Counted from the whole stretch's first letter, positions 1-11,942 are shown. The stretch: DNA of 63,241 nucleotides, filler included, from Octopus bimaculoides (GCF_001194135.2; 7 parts of 5 records of this genome joined end to end with filler, not necessarily neighbours in it), one strand, 5' to 3'. A program made the numbers and translations. Notes: generated by a model from the sequence alone, not told the origin.

Positions 1-50
<50 letters not shown>
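1..50. repeat. (AGAT)n microsatellite
   Basis: Seen directly; larger (GATA)n tracts also occur at 13328-13455 and 15692-15730. Confidence 0.98.
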
Positions 51-51
<1 letters not shown>

Positions 52-409
52 CGTTTGTAAATTTGTGTTCCTAGATACCTGGTGTGAAACCGTGTGTTAA
101 AACAGATATTGTTATATTTCGGGACGGTCATTTTTTTCTCTCCAAATAAACACACGCACTATATATTCGTTCTTCACTCGTTTATTATTGTTGTTATTTT
201 AACTGATGTCCACTGTCCGCAAATCTTTCGGCACACATATCTAACCTCTTCTGTGACACTTTCCGTCCTCGTGCTGCTCCTGCTTCTCTTAGTCCATTCT
301 GTTTTTGTATCTATATCGGAATTTTACTTTCTTTCTTATTTCCCCCCTCTACTTTGTATTTTGTCCCCTCTGTGTTCAGCCCTGTGTGGCCAATAATGAA
401 ACATATCTT

Positions 410-477
<68 letters not shown>

Positions 478-582
478 CAGACTGAGAGATAGATAGAGAG
501 AAAGATAGATATATATATATCCCAGGGTAGCCCCATAGACCGGTCATATTTATCTTTATCTATCTGTCAATCTATCTATCTA

Positions 583-619
<37 letters not shown>

Positions 620-824
620 TGCAGCACGGAATTTCGTCAGTGAACAGGTCGCGGTCTAAAAGCGACGAAAATAATGGCTTATAAACACCTTCCACGCTGC
701 AATTGTTTTCGTTCCAGCACACGATCTCAGATCAGGTCACTTGCTATGCCTTTCGTATATATGTATGCGTTTGTGCGTGTGCGTGTGTATGTGTGTGTGT
801 GTGTATCTATGTGTTTGTGTCGTT

Positions 825-997
825 TTGTCTGCGTTTGTTCCCCACCACCGCTTAACAGCCGGTGTTGGTTTGTTTTCGTCCCCGTATGATAGCGTTTCGG
901 CAAAGAGAGTTTGATAGAATAAATACCAGGCTTTAAAAAATACTGGAATCAATTCATTCCACTAAAAATCTTTGAAGACGGTGCTCCAGAATGGCTG
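825..997 (+). mobile_element. SINE family A 3'-half fragment, degenerate
   Basis: gtccccgta...ttcggcaaagaga...gatagaataa...ggtgctccagaatggctgca. Confidence 0.7.
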
Positions 998-2657
998 CAC
1001 TCCTCGTATAAGTAAACGCTTGTTTTTGTGGATTCCTTCATAGGAACAGAAATTGCCAGCCGGTTCCAAAGAACTGACTCGGTGCTTATCACTTAGGAGG
1101 CGAAATTACACCGAAACAACGGTTTCTAAGGGTATATTGACATGATTTGAAATGTATTGCGTTATGCTTTTATATTGAAGCTGTTTGACAAATAGAAATG
1201 GATAAGTACCAGATCGAAAAATGATGTAGTCGACATGATTGGTCGAACCCTGGGAAATGGTGCCCAAGCGGGTCAGCATCCCGATGACTAAAAGCAGTTA
1301 AATAGTGTGGAGGCGGGGTGCGTATTGCGTGCGGGCGTGCGAGTGTGTGGCACAAAAGCACATTCCATATAAAACATAGACCATTAATACCTACAGAAAG
1401 CGACTGACGTATACAACCGAAACCAACGCCCCCACACACGCACAATTCCATCACCTCCCAATGTACACAAACGCTATACAACAAATCTGTCAACATCTTT
1501 TTCTAAAGCTTTTTTCATTCTGTATAACAACAACATTTCTCACTAAATTAAGTTATTTCTATTTAGTCCCTTTCTTTTTCTTTCTTCCTAAACTTTCTTC
1601 CTTTTGTTCGGTCTCTTTAGTTTTCTTTATAAATTCATCTTTTCTTTTGTTTGTATTTTGTTGATTATTTGTTTTGTTTTCTATAAAGTGATAATGTCTT
1701 TTCTTTCTTTTCTTTCTTTTCTCCAGTTCTATTTTTGGATAAATTAAGATTCTGAAACCAAACAGTAGTAACAAATTATATTTTATATTCTCCCTCGACT
1801 CTTCACGATTTCTTTTTCCACAAGAGTATTTTTTATTGAACCAAACGTATTTATAATTAGTTTAAATGCAAGTTAAAAATAAATGATTAAAATACAAAAC
1901 CAATTTAGTGCATTTTAAAAATATTACAAAAAATAATGACAGCAATGACAAAATATATTTAAAGAGAATTTTAAAACCGTTTTATTTGTCTGTTACGATG
2001 GAAATGGATAATTCCTTTGATCACCAATCCATTTCGTCTTAAAACCGAATGGCGCCAAACCAAAAGATTTCCAAGCAAGTTCTGCCAAATTACCTGGCCG
2101 TGGTTGGACATAGTAAAGTTAAGCTGAACATAAGTTAGTTACTTAATGTAGTTTACCCCTAGGTCGGCTCGACTTGATCGATACTAAGATAAAAGACAGT
2201 CCAGCTGTCATCACCCGACCCTTATTTGTTTATATTTAGAACTACAGTATGGTTTAAAATTTAATGTAAGACTTACTACCTTTGCTTCTATAACCATCAC
2301 ATATGTATCAATTATTTTTGCATCTTAACCGATGCATTTATCTATCTTCGCATTCTGAAGAGATTTACTTAAGCCAGTAAATCGAAACGATCGTAAACGC
2401 TACCTTCATCTCTGCTTCTTCCTTCTTTGCTATCTAATTAAACTAAAGGCATACCAACGAAAACCACGAGTTTCCCTTTGTTATTTACATCCATTTTCTT
2501 CTCCTATATAACCTAAACTACGGTTTACCAACCGAACCACCTGGTACCGTACAACCTTACAAAAGACTGTACCTACCCAGGTAATAACCAGGAGCGACTT
2601 TGGATTTAATTATCCCTTAGAGGTATTAAAACCCTCTAACTCATACCTATATATATA

Positions 2658-2698
<41 letters not shown>

Positions 2699-4419
2699 NN
2701 NNNNNNNNNNNNNNNNNNNNNNNNNNNNNNNNNNNNNNNNNNNNNNNNNNNNNNNNNNNNNNNNNNNNNNNNNNNNNNNNNNNNNNNNNNNNNNNNNNNN
2801 NNNNNNNNNNNNNNNNNNNNNNNNNNNNNNNNNNNNNNNNNNNNNNNNNNNNNNNNNNNNNNNNNNNNNNNNNNNNNNNNNNNNNNNNNNNNNNNNNNNN
2901 NNNNNNNNNNNNNNNNNNNNNNNNNNNNNNNNNNNNNNNNNNNNNNNNNNNNNNNNNNNNNNNNNNNNNNNNNNNNNNNNNNNNNNNNNNNNNNNNNNNN
3001 NNNNNNNNNNNNNNNNNNNNNNNNNNNNNNNNNNNNNNNNNNNNNNNNNNNNNNNNNNNNNNNNNNNNNNNNNNNNNNNNNNNNNNNNNNNNNNNNNNNN
3101 NNNNNNNNNNNNNNNNNNNNNNNNNNNNNNNNNNNNNNNNNNNNNNNNNNNNNNNNNNNNNNNNNNNNNNNNNNNNNNNNNNNNNNNNNNNNNNNNNNNN
3201 NNNNNNNNNNNNNNNNNNNNNNNNNNNNNNNNNNNNNNNNNNNNNNNNNNNNNNNNNNNNNNNNNNNNNNNNNNNNNNNNNNNNNNNNNNNNNNNNNNNN
3301 NNNNNNNNNNNNNNNNNNNNNNNNNNNNNNNNNNNNNNNNNNNNNNNNNNNNNNNNNNNNNNNNNNNNNNNNNNNNNNNNNNNNNNNATATATATATATA
3401 TATATAATGTATGTATGTGTAAACCCTAGATGAGGGTTCCACAATTCTTTGCTGGCCAAGCCATACAAATGATTTGCTTATAATGGTCAAATATTCGTGC
3501 TGTACATTAGATCTTTCCCTCCATCAAATAAACGTTACCTGGACAGGCGACACGATGTGCTACACGTCAGCTTTCGAAGGGATTCTAGCGCCCTAACCAT
3601 TTGATTCTTCCCGATGTGTACTCATTTCCAGAGACTGGAGAGACTAGATTTAGTTCTTATTGTCTTGGGAACTGGCCAGACGTCGAGGAAATTCCTGAAG
3701 AACAGGTTACTGAATAAACAGAAATAAAATACACTCTATCTCGGCGTTGAGTACTATTTACCTGTTTGGTAGAAACAAACACATACCGCTGTGTGTGTGT
3801 CTGTTTGTGTGTGTCTGTCTGTTTGTGTATGTGTGTGTCTGTTTGTGTGTGTGTTTGTTTGTGTGTGTGTGCGTGTGTGTAGTTGTGTTCGTTTAAGCAT
3901 GCATCTATACAGATACACACGTGCTCACAACTAGAAAAATAAACATGATATTCCTTTGTTAAACTTTCAATTAATTAATTAATTAGACAAAACAAACAAA
4001 TTAGTGAGAGAAGCATATTTAATTGATTCATTATCGGAGTTCTGTACAGATTGTTTATTTGTTTATTTTGTTCTTTGGGATCGGAGCAAATGCTGTTGAT
4101 GGGGGTGGCGAGAATTTTGTTACGTGTGTGTGAGCAGATCTTCGTGTAAGCTTGTGTCCGTTTAGTTGTTTATGCGTAGGAGTTTGTTTGAGGTGGGTCG
4201 GTGGATGTGTGTGTGTGTGTGTGCGTGTACGTGCATGCGCACGCCTGTGATGTGTGTGTGTGTGTGTGCATGTGCATGCGTGCGTGCGTGTGTGTGTTAC
4301 AGGATGAAAAGTGGTGTTCATCTCTTCTCCATCTCAGTTATGAAGCCTCACAGATTGATGATGGGACAGGAAGTTTGGCATTGAATAGAAATCGGTTCAT
4401 TAAAACCATCTGACCAACT

Positions 4420-4772
4420 AATACACCACCACCACTATCACCACCACCACTATCACCACCACCACTATCACCACCACCACTACCACCGCTTCCACCAATG
4501 CCATGAACTCCAACTGAGTGTAAACCACTACCATCTTCCTAATGATTTTCTCTACCACTATTACCGGTGACACAACCATCATCAACGTCACCATAAAGAC
4601 TACCGCCGACACATCAAAAACCACGATCATCATCATCATCATCATCGTCATCCTGGTCGTCGTACAACCGACATTGGCGTTAGGGTTACCAACACCATTA
4701 CAGCAGACACATACCAGAAGCACTACGAACACCAACACCACACGCCACAACTAATACTACAACTACCACCAT

Positions 4773-4807
<35 letters not shown>

Positions 4808-4908
4808 TTGATGATGATGATGATGATGATTATGATGATGATGATGATGACGGTGGTGGTGGTGGATGCGATGATGGTGGTGGTGGTGATGGTGGTGGTG
4901 GTGAGGAC

Positions 4909-4943
<35 letters not shown>

Positions 4944-4968
4944 CAAACAGATAGATCGATAAATAAAT

Positions 4969-5025
<57 letters not shown>
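4420..5025. repeat. Compound tri- and dinucleotide microsatellite cluster (ACC/ACT, GAT, GGT, GT)
   Basis: Seen directly; it produces the poly-T/M/I/V ORFs in the track. Confidence 0.95.
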
Positions 5026-5139
5026 TATGTGCTTGTGTGTATGTGCTTGTGTGTATGTGCGTTGTGTGTGCGCGCGTGTGTCATCATGCAATTATCGAAT
5101 TATGTAAATACATTTACCGTCTTTCCGTTGTGATTGCAG

Positions 5140-5404
5140 GTAGTTTATACATTTATGCTGTGAGTGTTTTCGTTCCCGAACGCTTTGTTACTGCCAACCC
5201 CTTAAGTTTGTCCTTCATAAGAACGGCTTATACAACCAATAACACAAAATGTGGCGTACAAGGAGTCATAATGAGCATCCATCCTCCCCGGGAGAAAGTG
5301 CATCGCTGTTCAAGCAGCATCATCAAAACATTTGGCTGTAGAGGTCAATGTTATTCATACACCGAAATGAACAGTAACCTCACAAGAGTCATTCGTTCCT
5401 GCAG
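5140..5404 (+). CDS. Coding exon of a secreted cystine-knot protein (bursicon-alpha/Norrin-like), N-terminal half of the knot
   Basis: Acceptor ctttccgttgtgattgcAG|5140; open frame ...SLYIYAVSVFVPERFVTANPLSLSFIRTAYTTNNTKCGVQGVIMSIHPPREKVHRCSSSIIKTFGCRGQCYSYTEMNSNLTRVIRSC; contains the CxGxC knot motif; donor TGCAG|GTGACT at 5404/5405 (phase 2). Confidence 0.9.
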
Positions 5405-5442
5405 GTGACTATATACATTATTATTATTATTATTATTATTAT

Positions 5443-5696
5443 GTTTTTTTTTTCTTCTTTCTTCAAATTTTTTCCCATCTCTCGCCGAGTGTTTTCCGTA
5501 CACCTAGGGCAGAGAAACGTTGTATACATTCCCAATTTACACGCGCAAATTCATAGGTAAAACATGTATTTAAGAAAAAAAAAAATCATGAATGGATGTT
5601 GTTTTCACAGCGATAATGCTCTTCTTAGTACATGAGTCGTTCCAGTTAGCACGATTTTTTGCACCTCCTGTAAAGATGGTAAGCCTGGTATCGGCT
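5443..5696 (-). mobile_element. 3' end of an RLE-type non-LTR retrotransposon (R4/Dong/NeSL-like) with (TAA)n tail
   Basis: Minus strand reads IPGLPSLQEVQKIVLTGTTHVLRRALSL*, then a UTR running into (ATT)n at 5417-5442. Confidence 0.7.
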
Positions 5697-6540
5697 TTTG
5701 CTTTGTATTTGTGCAAGTTGACTCCAAATCTCACCCAGCGACCTCAAGAGACAACAAGTTAGAAGTTCAGGTTAGTGTTATGCCTAGGGTGTCATATATT
5801 TGGTTTTGTAAAGAGTATTGTTCTAGAGAATGTCAGTCGAAACAAAAGTAAATTAGAAGTTTGTTTTAAAAGTAATTTGATTATATGATGATTATCTGAT
5901 GTTAAAATGGCCGTAAAAAGTGTTTGCTATTATGTACATTTAAAAGTATTCTGACACTGCTTACAAATTAAGATGTTTGGGGGATTACATAGACAATATT
6001 TTACGTAGGATATGAGCAGTTCCCATGAGCACTATTTATTGAATTTCTTCCATTTTGGGACTTCCGGGAATCATTCCTAAGGCACCTATGACAACAGGTA
6101 TTGTTTTAGTCTTGAGGTTCCAGATTCTGCCAATTTCTATTTCAAGATCTTTATACTTGCTCAAAGTTTTGGTTGGTCTTGACAAAGACATGTCGATTGG
6201 GACAGTCATATCGATGAGGAAGCATGATTTTTGTCTGAAATCCTTCAATATATCTGGCCTATTTGCATCTATCTTTCTGTCAGTTTGAGCAGCATAGTTC
6301 CAAAAGAGTAATATGTGATCATTTTCAAGTACTGGAGGTGATTGAGTTCCCTCTAGTTTTCATCTTGAAGTAGGTCCAAGTCTTTGCAAATTACCCAGTG
6401 AATATACTGTGCAGCTCTATCGTGCCTGAGATACTGGGTAGGTGCAAGAAGGCTGCACAGGGAGACAACATGACCGATGGCTTTTTGGAGTTGGATGACA
6501 TTCTATATAGAGAAATGTAAGTCAAGGTCAGCAAGGCGTA
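5697..6540 (-). mobile_element. 5'-truncated RLE-type LINE: CCHC knuckle remnant, PD-(D/E)xK endonuclease and 3' UTR
   Basis: Frameshifted frames give ...RHDRAAQYIHW..., DANRPDI, KSCFLIDMTVPID, KYKDLEIEIGRIWNLKTKTIPVVIGALGMIP and LMGTAHILRKILSM*. Confidence 0.85.
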
Positions 6541-6754
6541 TCAAAAAAGAACGTGAATGCCTAAATATCTATACCCACTACCGTCGGGTTCACCCATAGT
6601 CTCTCCTGATGGTAAGCGCAATCCTCTGCAGGCTGCTTTCTTCCCTGGTATTGCAACATCTATTATCTTTACTTCATTTTCATTTTTATGGACGACTACT
6701 ATATCTGGTCGTCTCGCCTCTATGACTTGGTCGCACTGCATGTTAAAATCCCAG

Positions 6755-6755
<1 letters not shown>
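6541..6755 (-). mobile_element. Mosaic RLE-LINE fragment (endonuclease piece fused to an RT domain-7 piece)
   Basis: WDFNMQCDQVIEARRPDIVVVHKNENEVKIIDVAIPG followed by CRGLRLPSGETMGEPDGSGYRYLGI. Confidence 0.75.
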
Positions 6756-6813
<58 letters not shown>

Positions 6814-7295
6814 GTTATAAAAACTCACAGCTTATTTTGCTGTGTATAACGGAAAGTGTCAGTTGTCCACAGCCAGCAGACTCAGGTGACACTTGTTTAC
6901 TGGTCATGCTTCAAGAACCCTGCGAAGAATTCTTGCAGCTCCAAGCAATGCTGATTTTTCTAGGTGTTCTACTTTCACACTTCCACCGATCATTTTCAAC
7001 TGTGTTGGCAGTTAAATACTGATACTTCCAAGTGCACCAATTACAATTGGTATCACATCTGCTCTCTTCGTTGACCACAACCTTCGTATTTTCCACTTTA
7101 AATCGCCGTAGTTGTCTATTTTATCTTCTTTCACATTGATCATGTTGCCGGGACATGCTATGTCGATTATCATACATGTTCTTTCTTTATTATTCACCAC
7201 AACAATGTCAGGTTTCCAATGTCTGGTCAGGTAATCACACTGGATCATTACATCCCACGGGATATTGCAGTTCTCATTTTTGGTGACTGTATTTT
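6755..7295 (-). mobile_element. 5'-truncated RLE-type LINE with (TAA)n tail
   Basis: WDVMIQCDYLTRHWKPDIVVVNNKERTCMIIDIACPG...YGDLKWKIRRLW...IPIVIGALGSI...RILRRVLEA*; the tail is (ATT)n at 6755-6812. Confidence 0.85.
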
Positions 7296-7667
7296 ACAAC
7301 ATATATATATATATATGAGTAATGTGTCAATCGATTAGGCCTTTCCTAACGACTCCTTTAATTGATTAATGTAAACCTTACATCATTGTAAAGAAACCGT
7401 TTTCGTCAGATGAATTCATCAACTTCAAAATAAAAGATATTCGAAATGATTTAACATAGCTGGGTCTAATTGTCAACATAAACTGTAAGAATATCAATTA
7501 GTGTGTACTTATGTACCAAGTTAGATATTTACATGATACTGTTGTGTGTGTACATTATTCTGAGCTAACGAGTTGCTCAATTTAAGTAACTAATTCAACT
7601 TGATTTTACTTGTGTGTATGTGTGTGTGTATAGCTTCACATAAAAAATATTATCTTATATTTTCCAG

Positions 7668-7857
7668 TTGTTGCCAAGCAACGGACTTTGGTTTCCAACA
7701 AGCAATAATCAACTGCAAGAACGGTGAAAAAATGCGGAAGATTGTGAAATTTGCCATTAACTGTCATTGTCGACCTTGTGTTTTGAAACCTAGGGTTACA
7801 CTTAAAGATCTGCGCCTCATGCTCAGGATGTCCACCAGAAAACATTGGCCCAACTGA
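7668..7857 (+). CDS. Terminal coding exon of the same cystine-knot gene
   Basis: Acceptor atattttccAG|7668; the phase-2 join gives AG+T=Ser, then CCQATDFGFQQAIINCKNGEKMRKIVKFAINCHCRPCVLKPRVTLKDLRLMLRMSTRKHWPN*. Splicing completes RSCSCCQ and CxCxxC, for 11 Cys in total. Confidence 0.9.
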
Positions 7858-7893
7858 GAGATTGCGGCCAAGTTCTGCGGCTGATCATTGCAC

Positions 7894-7899
7894 AATAAA
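7894..7899 (+). terminator. Candidate polyadenylation signal AATAAA of the cystine-knot gene
   Basis: First AATAAA, 37 nt after the stop codon at 7857; position only, no transcript evidence. Confidence 0.4.
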
Positions 7900-8029
7900 T
7901 ATAGAGATCTCTTTCTAGCTACGGACACACTAACAAACATGCGCAGAGACATACAGACAAATTTCCAATAAGTAAACGCTCGCTCTCGTATTTGCGCACA
8001 TTTAATTCCCAGAGAAACACAGACACGAA

Positions 8030-8090
<61 letters not shown>

Positions 8091-8519
8091 AATTATGTGT
8101 GTAATTATTTTAACAAAATCTCACGCATATTTCTACATATAAGATACTCACACATTGATACACATCGTACACGTACACACACACACACCTAGCAAATCGA
8201 TTCTACACGAAATTTTATTCCCACCGACCAACGCATACCTGTAATTACACAGCCATGGATAGGATATACGCACACGAGCAGACACACAGAGGTAAGGCAT
8301 GGTTAGGTGGACCTTTATATAATTAAACAACAACTTTAATTCCCAAGAATATCATCAAACATTACAACCAACAGCAACTTTGAAAGGCATTGTAGCCACC
8401 ACTTCTCCATGGCAATACTTCTATCACAAACAATAGGCCAACGGTATTTACGAGTAACTTTACAAACACGAACGATTACATCAAGAAACAACAATAAACA
8501 AAGACAATATGATGATAAT

Positions 8520-8522
8520 GGT

Positions 8523-8554
<32 letters not shown>

Positions 8555-9168
8555 AATTTACTACTACTACTGCTACTACTACTACTACTACTACTACTAA
8601 TAATAATAATAATAATAATAATGCAACTACAACTAATAACAGCAGTAGCCACACACTATCAACATCGACACACCACCACAAACAACAGCACAACCACCAA
8701 CACTAACCAGCACCACCTCCCACCGCCCACCGTTACCACCACCTCCTCCAGCACCACTTCCACCACCACCACCACCACTACCACCACCTCCACCATTACC
8801 AACCGCAACACCAATGCAACCAACACCAACAACGGCGCCGAGACTGCCACTACACCACCACCACCACCACTACCATCACGATGCGCAACAGTAAGAGACA
8901 ATAACACCATTAAATTTCTTTAATACCAACAACGTAGACATCTTCAGGACACAGACAAACAACAACAACACCACCACCCCTCCAATGCCACACTACAACG
9001 AATACTTGTATTTACGGCGACACGAAAAACATCACNNNNNNNNNNCTAAGAAATAGAAATTGTTGAACGGCCATCATGAAGGAATAGGAAGTTGTATCAG
9101 AACTACTTGTAAATCACTCCACCATCACTCCCCACCACCCAGTACTGCTGCTGCTGCTGCTGCTGCCC

Positions 9169-9211
<43 letters not shown>

Positions 9212-9480
9212 CACTACTATATTTTAGTCGACCTGCACCCACCCAAGCACATCTGTTAGAACAAACCAGAAGACAAACGACCCTGATTCTCTGTTCCAAA
9301 AAACGAGCTGACAATGACGACGATGTTGATGATGATGATAATGATGATGATGATGATGATGACGACGATGATGACGATGATGACGATGATGATGATGATG
9401 ATGACGACGACAATGACTACGATGATGACGCAACGAACGACGATCATGCTGATACTGATGTTGATCATCATCATCATCAT
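8520..9480. repeat. Compound trinucleotide microsatellites (ACT, AAT, ACC, GAT/GAC)
   Basis: Seen directly. Confidence 0.95.
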
Positions 9481-9785
9481 GTGAAGAAGAATTCCAAACG
9501 GTTTCTTCCATGTTGTATAATTTCTTTCTTTAATTCTTTCTTCTGTTATTTTTTTTCCTATTAAATTTTGATTTTCTTTCTGCACGGAGTGAAGAATCGA
9601 ACCTTTGAAACCAGTAAACAAAACCAACAGCAGTTGGCAAGGAATTTATTGGGTTAAGCTGGGGGTGGGAGGGGGACGGTGATCAAACAACTTCTCTCTT
9701 CTTTCTTTCTCAATCATATTCTTTCTCTCGTCTGCTCTTTCAATCGCCTACACTCTCCATCTTTCTCTTCTCTCCTTTTCTCACT

Positions 9786-9845
<60 letters not shown>

Positions 9846-9945
9846 NNNNNNNNNNNNNNNNNNNNNNNNNNNNNNNNNNNNNNNNNNNNTTAATTAATTA
9901 ANNNNNNNNNNNNNNNNNNNNNNNNNNNNNNNNNNNNNNNNNNNN
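9846..9945. other. Assembly spacer N44-TTAATTAATTAA-N44 (artificial; also at 21206, 28144, 39786, 48094 and 60964)
   Basis: An identical 100-bp construct occurs six times; TTAATTAATTAA puts stops in all six frames. Confidence 0.95.
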
Positions 9946-9982
<37 letters not shown>

Positions 9983-10009
9983 GTATACATACATACATAC
10001 ATACATACA

Positions 10010-10040
<31 letters not shown>

Positions 10041-10168
10041 GTATGTATGTATGTATATACGTGCGTGTTTGTGTGTGTGTCGTGTAGGAGTAGAGAAGAC
10101 TCCTATTACTTTTAAGAAAGCCGTGGGGAGAAAGATGCTCTGACGTAAAAGTTGCAGTCAAAACAGTA

Positions 10169-10180
10169 GCCGCCATCTTG
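10169..10180 (-). promoter_or_regulatory. YY1-consensus motif (CAAGATGGCGGC) in a non-repetitive island
   Basis: Exact match to the YY1 consensus; it could equally be a start-codon context. No functional evidence. Confidence 0.25.
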
Positions 10181-11201
10181 CAATGGTTGTGACTGGAACC
10201 TACGGTGAGGACCGAGACGAGTGGCAAAAGAGTTGCGCTCAATCTTTTGTCACTTCCACTCAATGACACACAGATGTCTCAATATTCATTTCATTTGAAT
10301 GTGAGCAGGTTATCGTCTGACAAATGAGGCAATCGTTATCGTACATGCCTACAAATATGTATGTACGTATGTATGTATCTGTGCACACATATTTATGTAT
10401 ATATGTATGTATATATGTATATATGTGTGTGTAAGTATATATATATNNNNNNNNNNNNNNNNNNNNNNNNNNNNNNNNNNNNNNNNNNNNNNNNNNNNNN
10501 NNNNNNNNNNNNNNNNNNNNNNNNNNNNNNNNNNNNNNNNNNNNNNNNNNNNNNNNNNNNNNNNNNNNNNNNNNNNNNNNNNNNNNNNNNNNNNNNNNNN
10601 NNNNNNNNNNNNNNNNNNNNNNNNNNNNNNNNNNNNNNNNNNNNNNNNNNNNNNNNNNNNNNNNNNNNNNNNNNNNNNNNNNNNNNNNNNNNNNNNNNNN
10701 NNNNNNNNNNNNNNNNNNNNNNNNNNNNNNNNNNNNNNNNNNNNNNNNNNNNNNNNNNNNNNNNNNNNNNNNNNNNNNNNNNNNNNNNNNNNNNNNNNNN
10801 NNNNNNNNNNNNNNNNNNNNNNNNNNNNNNNNNNNNNNNNNNNNNNNNNNNNNNNNNNNNNNNNNNNNNNNNNNNNNNNNNNNNNNNNNNNNNNNNNNNN
10901 NNNNNNNNNNNNNNNNNNNNNNNNNNNNNNNCACGTATACATATTTACATATCTAAATATATATGTACGTGTTTTCCGTTCTCCCGGAGACTGCTATCAT
11001 AGCAATAAGAGAGAGAGAGAGAGAGAGTTTATGTGCTTAAGGGGATAGAATCACTTCCAAGTTTCTTTTTCATGTACATGTATATACACATATATTTATG
11101 TGTGTATGCATGTATATACATACATATGCATATAGGTACACTGGACATATACATACATTTACATCCATGACTACATACATATACATACATACATACATAC
11201 A

Positions 11202-11253
<52 letters not shown>

Positions 11254-11331
11254 CACACGTATACGAAGACACAAACAAACATACAAATACGTGCACATGC
11301 ACATACGCGTGCATATATGCACACACATACA

Positions 11332-11376
<45 letters not shown>

Positions 11377-11799
11377 CCATCATGTCGGTTTCGGCATGTA
11401 TGGCGGAGTGATAATGTGGTGAATATGTGTTTGATGAATCATAAACCGAGAAATGCACTAGTATAAGGGGAGATGGTGGGGTAGTGGTATTCTGCAGGAT
11501 ATACGCAAGGGTACGACGTAGTCGGCAAGAATGGAGAGGCTGGAGATTGTGATTGTATGATAGAGCACTGAATGGTAAGGCGACGAAAGAGTTAATAGGA
11601 CTGAAGAGAGAGGGAGAGAGAGAGAGAGAGGGGGGGTAAGAGTGAGATAGAGAAAGACAGAGCTGGGTAAATGGATGGGACGAGAAATGGGAAAGTGTTA
11701 GGGTAGAATGTTTTTGTAGAATTTTGTAGAGAAGTCGGTGTAGGTTTATGAGATTTCATGATTGGGCGTTTCACATGCACGGGTATATCTGAACGGCCA

Positions 11800-11942
11800 G
11801 CTGTAGTTGTTGTCAACGATGATGATGACGATGATGATGATGATGCAGATGATGGTGGTGGTGGTGGTGGTGCTGGTGGTGCTGGTGAAGACGATGGTGT
11901 TGATGACAGTAGTGGTGGTGGACATGATGATGACGATGATTA

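Noticed and set aside
3540-3700. Minus-strand segment bounded by a good acceptor (cctgttcttcag) and donor (cag|gtaacg)
   Set aside because: Stops occur in all three frames, so it is not supportable as a coding exon.
4303-4413. Apparent terminal exon DEKWCSSLLHLSYEASQIDDGTGSLALNRNRFIKTI* after tgttacAG
   Set aside because: No recognisable family and no upstream partner exon; a terminal exon here would also conflict with the likely 5' region of the cystine-knot gene.
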